Assembly (NCBI GenBank): GCA_045606105.1
Contig: JAZURI010000002.1
Location: 160,001-224,000 of the forward strand
Reading direction: 5' to 3'
From: Spirochaetia bacterium
Lineage (GTDB): Bacteria > Spirochaetota > Spirochaetia > CADAEX01
DNA: 64,000 nucleotides
Positions 58,434 to 64,000 of this stretch are shown here, in pieces. The position numbers and the translations under genes are program-made. Position 1 is the first letter of the stretch, and every line of letters starts with the position of its first letter. The notes beneath the pieces are model-generated. The model ran no database searches and had not been told where the DNA came from. It saw nothing but the letters and a program-made list of their open reading frames with translations.

Positions 58434-60409
58434 TAGGATAATGAACCTCCGAAGACAAATTCTCTACCCGGCCCGGAATAGAAGGACTCTGTGGGATTGT
58501 ACATGCTGTCATAGCCCACATAGGCGGCGGTGGCATATTCAACATCGAAAAGGTTGTTTACCCTGGCAAAAAGGGATCCCTTGCATTTCCCCTCATGGCT
58601 GTACTTCACGGTAAGACCGGTAATGATATGGGAATCATTTTCATCCATGCTGTTGTCATAATCCTGTCCTATGTAATATTTTCCGGTGAAGATGATATCG
58701 GAGGAAACTGAAAATCCCCGGGGAAGACTGATTTCAGGCACCAATGAAAACCGGTACTCCGGCACCAGCGGCACCCTGTTTCCGTCATGTTCCCCGGCGG
58801 TAAACTCAGCCACATTCCGGCTGTATCCTGCATCAAGGGTAAAAAAACCGGCAGTCAGGGAGGCCTCTGCATTGATACCGTAATGGATGGTATCGTTCAT
58901 GTTCTCGTTTCTGAAGGTGATACCGTTGTATGCAATCTCATCCTTCATGGCAAGCACATACCCCGATGCCCCCAGGGAAAGCCAGCTGATACCGTTGAAG
59001 TTGAAGCCCAACTCAAAGGAATGGCCGTATTCGGGCTCCAGAGAAGAGTTGAAACCCTCGCCGTACCCCTGATAGCTTACCTGCTCGTCGGTAAACGGAG
59101 TCCTGTATACACGGTCATATCTGAAATAGGCATTGCTGCAGTCCGGAAAAAGATAATTGATACCAGCGGTCATGGAGACAGGGGTAAATATTTCCTCATC
59201 ATCTTCAGCTGTGGAGGCAGAACCGAAATCACTCTCAATCTGTTCCCTTTCACCCCTGATACCGAAAGTAAGGGTAAGGGTTTCATCCAGCAGCTTCAGT
59301 TCATTCAAGGCAAATATACCGCCTGAAAGCTTGGTTACATCGTTATCCCATGTTTCGTTTTCCCTGGCCCTGTCATTGAAGCCCCTGGAACGGAGCCTGT
59401 CGGAGTGGAAATCCCCTCCCAGAGTCAGTATGTTGGTAAAGGAGTCTTGGTTAAATGTAAGAATGACAGAGGGTGATACATACAGCGAATTTGTATCCGT
59501 ATCTGTCCATGAGAACCAGGATTCCATGTCGGTTCCATTCTCCTTGTGTTTGAATCCCCCGGTAAGCTTAAGCTTCAGCATATCGGTGGTCTCATGGGTG
59601 ATATGTGCAGCAGCCGAAAACCCGGTCATCTCCGCTTCATCGAAAAAATAGGCTGCCTGCTTGGGATCTTCATCATATTTTTCCTTCAGAAGAGCTCCCG
59701 GCATCTCATAATCGGTTGTGAAGAATGAAAGATTCATACCGGCATCGCACTTTTCATCACTGTAGGAAAGGGCTGTGGAAAGCTGCCTGAGGCTGAATCC
59801 GCTCCTGTCTCTCCATCCCTCCGAGCTTTCCCCCGTACCTGACAGGTAAAGTGAAAGCTTCTCTCCCCCGCCTGACACATACCATCGCTCCGAATGTCCT
59901 CCGAAGGAGGTGACGGAAGCCTCTGCATCTGCAGCCACGCTCTTGTTCCGGTCTGCCCTGCGGGTAAATATACTTATGACTCCGGCCACCGCATTGTTGC
60001 CGTACAGAACCGAGGCGCCTCCCCTCATTATCTCTATTCTTTCCACTGCCGAGGCAGGCAGGGAGAGCCAGTCGGTTCCCGACATGTCGGGATTGTTCTG
60101 TCTTATTCCGTCCACCAGCACCAGTACCCTTCCGTGGGAATTCTCCCCGAAGCCTCTCATGGAAACAGAGGCCTGTGAGCTGTTGCCGTTGAAGGAGGTG
60201 ACTGTAACACCGCCGAAAGTCTCAAGGGCCTGGACAATAGTCCTGTTTTCCAGCTGCTTACTGCTGATTACCGTAATGTCTGCAGGAACTTCGGTAATCT
60301 TCTTTTCATCCCTGGCGGCTGTAACCACAACCTGAATATCTGCCTTTTCCGATGCAATGCACAGGAAAGAACAGAAGAGAAACAGAGATACCATAATGAT
60401 TCTTTTCAA
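58430..60409 (-). CDS. TonB-dependent receptor, probably for cobalamin (BtuB-like)
   Basis: TonB-box-like VVVTAAR; plug motifs SMRGFG...VLVLVDG and IEIMRGGASVLYGNNAVAGVI; NNLFD; terminal Y; downstream of a B12 riboswitch. Confidence 0.9.
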   Translation of the reverse strand: MKRIIMVSLFLFCSFLCIASEKADIQVVVTAARDEKKITEVPADITVISSKQLENRTIVQALETFGGVTVTSFNGNSSQASVSMRGFGENSHGRVLVLVDGIRQNNPDMSGTDWLSLPASAVERIEIMRGGASVLYGNNAVAGVISIFTRRADRNKSVAADAEASVTSFGGHSERWYVSGGGEKLSLYLSGTGESSEGWRDRSGFSLRQLSTALSYSDEKCDAGMNLSFFTTDYEMPGALLKEKYDEDPKQAAYFFDEAEMTGFSAAAHITHETTDMLKLKLTGGFKHKENGTDMESWFSWTDTDTNSLYVSPSVILTFNQDSFTNILTLGGDFHSDRLRSRGFNDRARENETWDNDVTKLSGGIFALNELKLLDETLTLTFGIRGEREQIESDFGSASTAEDDEEIFTPVSMTAGINYLFPDCSNAYFRYDRVYRTPFTDEQVSYQGYGEGFNSSLEPEYGHSFELGFNFNGISWLSLGASGYVLAMKDEIAYNGITFRNENMNDTIHYGINAEASLTAGFFTLDAGYSRNVAEFTAGEHDGNRVPLVPEYRFSLVPEISLPRGFSVSSDIIFTGKYYIGQDYDNSMDENDSHIITGLTVKYSHEGKCKGSLFARVNNLFDVEYATAAYVGYDSMYNPTESFYSGPGREFVFGGSLSY

Positions 60410-60415
60410 GATAAA

Positions 60416-60440
60416 CTCCTTTTCTGGCTGAGAAAAGAAG
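60416..60440 (-). promoter_or_regulatory. SD-sequestering hairpin (riboswitch expression platform)
   Basis: CTTCTTTTCT-cagcc-AGAAAAGGAG 10-bp stem buries the AGGAG SD of the receptor gene. Confidence 0.7.
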
Positions 60441-60503
60441 CCGAAAGGCAGGAGAAGAGATCCTGTGATTCCGACTCAAATCGCGAAGCCAAATCTTTAA
60501 AAT

Positions 60504-60650
60504 GCATACCAAAGTCTCCCGGCTTGAGGCTTCAGGATTTCTCCTACCGGATATACACCTTCCCAGTTTCCCAGTGGCAAAGTATACCCGTAACCTTTCA
60601 CGGTGGCGCGTCCGCGGGGGAATTACACCCCTCTTCCGTTGAAATATGCT
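60504..60650 (-). ncRNA. Cobalamin riboswitch
   Basis: Minus strand: GGAAgaggGGTGtAATTCCccc...GCCACCGTGA...GCCACTGGGAAACTGGGAAGG...AAGCCGGGAGAC (B12 box); P1 GCATA/TATGC; promoter TTGATT-N17-TAGAAT at 60685-60657. Confidence 0.92.
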
Positions 60651-60743
60651 GTTTTTATTCTATACCCTTGCCGTAAATAAATCAATATTATTATATTAAA
60701 GTAAAAGGTAAATAAATCCGATAATGGATAAAAGGAGTTCATA

Positions 60744-61181
60744 ATGAAAAAAGCGCTTGTTTTAATTACTGTAGTTGCTCTTATGTTCTGTTTTTTCTCT
60801 TGTAAAACAAGTGAGGAAACAGTAATCGTGGAAGAAGAAGTTGTTGTTGCAGAAACACCTGCCGCTCCGGCTGCTCTTGAAGTTTTCCCTGCAGGAAAAT
60901 GGCTTGATGCAAACTGGGATGCTCTCTGGGTTATCTATGATGATCAGAGTGTAAAACTTTTTGATTCCGTAAGCGGTGACCTGATTTATGATTTCAAGGA
61001 CGGAGCAAAGGATATCAAGATTGAAAAAGAGGGTCTCGGACTCAAGCTTTCATTCAGATGTGATGATACACAGAGATTCTATGCTTTTACAAAGGATGTG
61101 GAAGGTACAGATCTTGAACTGGACATCGACCGTGACTGGACAGATGAACCATACGTTATTGTAATGCCGTTACAGCAGTAA
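60744..61181 (+). CDS. Hypothetical lipoprotein
   Basis: AAGGAG SD; lipobox FFSC; own terminator. Confidence 0.8.
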   Translation: MKKALVLITVVALMFCFFSCKTSEETVIVEEEVVVAETPAAPAALEVFPAGKWLDANWDALWVIYDDQSVKLFDSVSGDLIYDFKDGAKDIKIEKEGLGLKLSFRCDDTQRFYAFTKDVEGTDLELDIDRDWTDEPYVIVMPLQQ

Positions 61182-61206
61182 TGCTCTGAAAAGTAACATT
61201 AAGGTT

Positions 61207-61236
61207 GGAGCTGCGGCAACGCAGCTCCTTTTTTTT
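61207..61236 (+). terminator. Intrinsic terminator
   Basis: GGAGCTGCG-GCAA-CGCAGCTCC-T8. Confidence 0.9.
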
Positions 61237-61246
61237 GCCTCCGGGC

Positions 61247-61275
61247 AAAAAAAAGCCGGGTTTTACAAACCCGGC
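61247..61275 (-). terminator. Intrinsic terminator of hydG
   Basis: GCCGGGTTT/AAACCCGGC stem followed by T8 on the minus strand. Confidence 0.85.
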
Positions 61276-61314
61276 CCTTAATCAGTATTCTTTTATATTT
61301 ATAAAGCTCCGGTT

Positions 61315-62730
61315 TCAGAAACGGAAATCTCTTTTACCGTCGTGAAGTGCCTCCAGGTACTGCTTTGCAATGCTGCGTACCCTTTCGGACTTTATGTTTT
61401 CCACCTGGGTTTTAATAACCTTTTCACCCAGCTCCTGAGTTTTAGGGGATGCATAATCCTCCAGATATTCCTTCAGTGTCATGAGGGCATTAGGGAGACA
61501 GCAGTTTGCAATCTGTCCGTTCTTTGCCAATGACATGAAACGGTCCCCGGTTCTTCCTTCGCGGTAGCATGCGGTACAGAAGCTTGGGATATATCCAAGC
61601 TCCAGAAGCCACTGCATCACCTCATCCAGGGTTCTTGTATCGCTGACATCAAACTGGGCTGTCTCGTCATGTCTTTCCTCGGTTGTGTATCCCCCTACGC
61701 TGGTCCTTGAACCGCCGCTGATCTGGGAAACACCCACTGCCAGAACCCTTTCCCTGGCTCTCTTGCTCTCTCTTGTGGAGATGATGATACCTGTATAAGG
61801 AACCGCAATCCTGAGTACGGCGACAAGCTTTTCGAAAATATCGTCGGAAATGGCATCAGGGAAATCCTTTGCATCAATATCGTCTGCAGGGCGGATTCTC
61901 GGTACGCTGATTGTATGAGGGCCTACTCCCTTTGCTGCTTCAAGATGCTCTGCATGCATGAGCTGTCCCACAAAGTCGTAGCGGTAAGTGCTGAGTCCGT
62001 AAAGAACGCCGCAGCCCACATCGTCGATTCCTCCGTCCATGGCTCTGTCCATGGCCTCTGTATGGTATGCATAGTCGCTTTTAGGTCCTGTAGGATGGAG
62101 TCTTTCGTATTCCTTCTTGTTGTAGGTTTCCTGGAAAAGGATATAGGTGCCGATTCCGGCTTCCTTGAGCTTTCTGTAGTTTTCCACTGTGGTGGCCGCA
62201 ATGTTTACATTCACACGGCGGATTGCACCGTTCTTATGCTTGATGGAATATATAGTATCGATACACTCCAGCAGATATTCCATGGTATTGTTCCGCGGAT
62301 CTTCGCCCATTTCCAGGGCAAGTCTCTTGTGGCCCATATCCTGAAGTGCAATAACTTCCCGGCGGATTTCCTCCTGGGTAAGCTTCTTTCTGGGAATAGT
62401 CTTGTTCTTTGCATGGTACGGACAGTAGATACAGCCGTTAATGCAGTAATTGGAAAGGTAGAGAGGGGCAAACATTACGATTCTGTTGCCGTAGATTTCT
62501 TCCTTTATTTTCTTTGCAAGGGTGAAGATACGCTCGTTTTCCTCAGGTATATCGCAGTCAAGGAGAACAAGTGCCTCCCTGTGTGTAAGTCCCTTACAGT
62601 TTTCTGCCTTGTCAATGACAGAGCTTACATAAGCCTTGTCGCTTTTCTTAGCTTCAGCAAAGGCAAGTGTTTCGAGAATTTCCTCATGACTTATGAATTC
62701 CTCGGCCTTGCTTGATTTTGGATCGTACAT
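61315..62730 (-). CDS. hydG: [FeFe]-hydrogenase H-cluster radical SAM maturase HydG
   Basis: FAPLYLSNYCINGCIYC (CxxxCxxC), LFQETY, GPHTISVPR; C-terminal auxiliary-cluster motif FCTACYR...NCC, which distinguishes it from ThiH. Confidence 0.93.
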   Translation of the reverse strand: MYDPKSSKAEEFISHEEILETLAFAEAKKSDKAYVSSVIDKAENCKGLTHREALVLLDCDIPEENERIFTLAKKIKEEIYGNRIVMFAPLYLSNYCINGCIYCPYHAKNKTIPRKKLTQEEIRREVIALQDMGHKRLALEMGEDPRNNTMEYLLECIDTIYSIKHKNGAIRRVNVNIAATTVENYRKLKEAGIGTYILFQETYNKKEYERLHPTGPKSDYAYHTEAMDRAMDGGIDDVGCGVLYGLSTYRYDFVGQLMHAEHLEAAKGVGPHTISVPRIRPADDIDAKDFPDAISDDIFEKLVAVLRIAVPYTGIIISTRESKRARERVLAVGVSQISGGSRTSVGGYTTEERHDETAQFDVSDTRTLDEVMQWLLELGYIPSFCTACYREGRTGDRFMSLAKNGQIANCCLPNALMTLKEYLEDYASPKTQELGEKVIKTQVENIKSERVRSIAKQYLEALHDGKRDFRF

Positions 62731-62881
62731 CTCATTTCTCCGTATATAATATCCGGACAGGAATGGGGTGCAGATAAAGAGAAAATATTCCGGTTATCTG
62801 GGCCTCAGGTGTTGAACCTTCGGGGTAAGAGCCGTTCGCTGTCTGAATCATCTCCGTAGGGAATAACCCGTCGGATCCGAT
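62731..62881 (-). promoter_or_regulatory. Structured 5' leader of hydG; candidate riboswitch or protein-binding cis-regulatory RNA
   Basis: Lies between a promoter and the ATG. P1 GGTTATT/GATAACC encloses internal hairpins; competing helix CAGATAA/TTATCTG; anti-SD TTTCTC against GAGAAA. Confidence 0.6.
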
Positions 62882-62887
62882 GTATAA

Positions 62888-62916
62888 AATATAATGCTTT
62901 TTGTTTTAAAAGTCAA
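62888..62916 (-). promoter_or_regulatory. hydG promoter TTGACT-N17-TATATT
   Basis: -35 at 62916-62911, -10 at 62893-62888. Confidence 0.65.
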
Positions 62917-63330
62917 TTATTGCACCAGGCTGAAGGTTACGGCAAGAATATTCCTGTTTCCGGAATACTCATATTCAATGCCGGAAGCCATCTTCTTCAC
63001 CATGAAGATACCCAGTCCTCCGATCTTTCTTTCCGCCGCGGAAAGGGTTACATCGGGATCCTCCTTTTCCAGGGGATTGTAGGGAATACCGCTGTCGATA
63101 AAGGTCAGTCTGGCGGCAGGAGGATTTTCCAGGATCTCAACCCTGACGGTGGCCTCCCCGGTCCCCTCTCCGTAGGCATAATGGGCAATATTTCCGAAAA
63201 GCTCGTCAACAGCCACATCAATCTGAACCTGCCGCTTCATGGGACAGTCTGCCTCCTCCAGCATGCTGTTCACAAAATCGGTAACAAGCTCTATGTTCTC
63301 TGTCTTTGCCTCTACTGTTATCTCTTTCAT
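62917..63330 (-). CDS. Anti-sigma factor / RsbW-like HATPase_c protein
   Basis: VAVDELFGNIAHYAY, FIDSGIPYNPL and RKIGGLGIFMVKK motifs. Confidence 0.9.
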   Translation of the reverse strand: MKEITVEAKTENIELVTDFVNSMLEEADCPMKRQVQIDVAVDELFGNIAHYAYGEGTGEATVRVEILENPPAARLTFIDSGIPYNPLEKEDPDVTLSAAERKIGGLGIFMVKKMASGIEYEYSGNRNILAVTFSLVQ

Positions 63331-63506
63331 CGGACCGCCCCTTAACCGGTTATACTGAACCTGACTGTAAGCACGTTCTGGTTATCGGTATATTCATATT
63401 CAATGCCGGAAGACATCTTCTTCACCATGAAGATACCCAGCCCTCCGATCTTTCTCTCTGCGGCAGAAAGGGTGATGTCAGGATCATCCTTTTCCAGAGG
63501 ATTGTA
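62969..63506. repeat. Imperfect ~113-bp direct repeat (62969-63081 and 63394-63506) between adjacent HATPase domains
   Basis: Only 2 mismatches over the first 62 aligned nt; offset 425 bp. Confidence 0.85.
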
Positions 63507-64000
63507 CGGCACACCGTTGTCCCGGAATACCAGGGTAAGATCTGTATCATCCATTGTACATGAAACCTGGGCATAATCGGTACCGCTGTAGCGCAGGATG
63601 TTGGAGTAGATTTCATCAACCGCCACCTGTACCCTGCTCCTTACCTTGTGAGGAAGCTCTGCCAGCTTTGTCTTTCTGGCCACATAATCCAGAACCATTT
63701 CGGTGGTTTCCAGATCCGGAGATGTATATACGCAATCCTCTCCCACAAAATATTTCAGCCTTACGGAAAGCATGGTAATATCGTCAAACTGGTCTGCCTC
63801 TCCGGCAAATTCATCAATGGCCTTCTTTATGTTCTTCAGCCTGCTTTCAACCCCTTCGTCGGGATTTGTATTGATGACCTCAAGAAGCCTGTCCTCTCCC
63901 AGAAGCTGATTGTTCACATCTGTAGCCTCGGTAACGCCGTCTGTATAAATGAATATTTCGTCACCCGGACAAAGCCTGAGCTCATGCTTCCTGTATCTGA
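63342..64000 (-). CDS. SpoIIE/RsbU-type PP2C phosphatase with C-terminal RsbW-like HATPase domain (5' end outside the window)
   Basis: Frame is open to the window edge: LCPGDEIFIYTDGVTEA...F...ADQFDDITML, then AVDEIYSNI...DNGVPYNPL...GGLGIFMVKK. Confidence 0.9.
   Translation of the reverse strand, partial: RYRKHELRLCPGDEIFIYTDGVTEATDVNNQLLGEDRLLEVINTNPDEGVESRLKNIKKAIDEFAGEADQFDDITMLSVRLKYFVGEDCVYTSPDLETTEMVLDYVARKTKLAELPHKVRSRVQVAVDEIYSNILRYSGTDYAQVSCTMDDTDLTLVFRDNGVPYNPLEKDDPDITLSAAERKIGGLGIFMVKKMSSGIEYEYTDNQNVLTVRFSITG

Noticed and set aside
61315-62730. thiH call
   Set aside because: The length and the C-terminal CxxC-x22-C auxiliary cluster motif indicate HydG.
62812-62863. TPP-riboswitch-like words (TTGAACCT...CGTAGGGAA) on the + strand
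   Set aside because: Wrong strand for hydG, and it lacks the CUGAGA and CUGAU...AAU core. Treated as part of an unassigned leader instead.
1-64000. CRISPR arrays, IS elements, prophage or defence systems
   Set aside because: No repeat-spacer periodicity and no transposase, integrase, phage or defence-like ORFs were recognised.

Overview
A gene-dense, mostly minus-strand core-chromosome segment from an anaerobic Spirochaetota bacterium. The assignment rests on a TP0733-type OM barrel, EF-G2, alpha2-type GlyRS, the infC-rpmI-rplT-zapB-zapA arrangement and hydG. The window carries housekeeping genes (efp, tsaD, trmB, mfd, miaB, split purH, secA, fusA2, queA, ruvCAB, tyrS, glyQS, gltX, priA, truA, cdaR-dacA, folP, trkAH), tRNA-Phe, a 6S RNA and a cobalamin riboswitch controlling a TonB-dependent receptor plus TonB. 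I found no CRISPR array, IS element or prophage. The most interesting signals are non-coding or recoding features: (1) a ~150-nt structured, switch-like 5' leader of hydG that matches no riboswitch class I recognise; (2) an LCP cell-wall transferase gene split by a -1 frameshift at an A9C (A_AAA_AAC) slippery run; (3) a promoter- and terminator-bounded small RNA with a CCCCUCCC loop between secA and fusA; (4) a TonB whose membrane anchor needs a non-canonical (probably CTG) start; (5) several apparently leaderless mRNAs. All calls come from motif recognition and manual base-pairing; no database searches were run.
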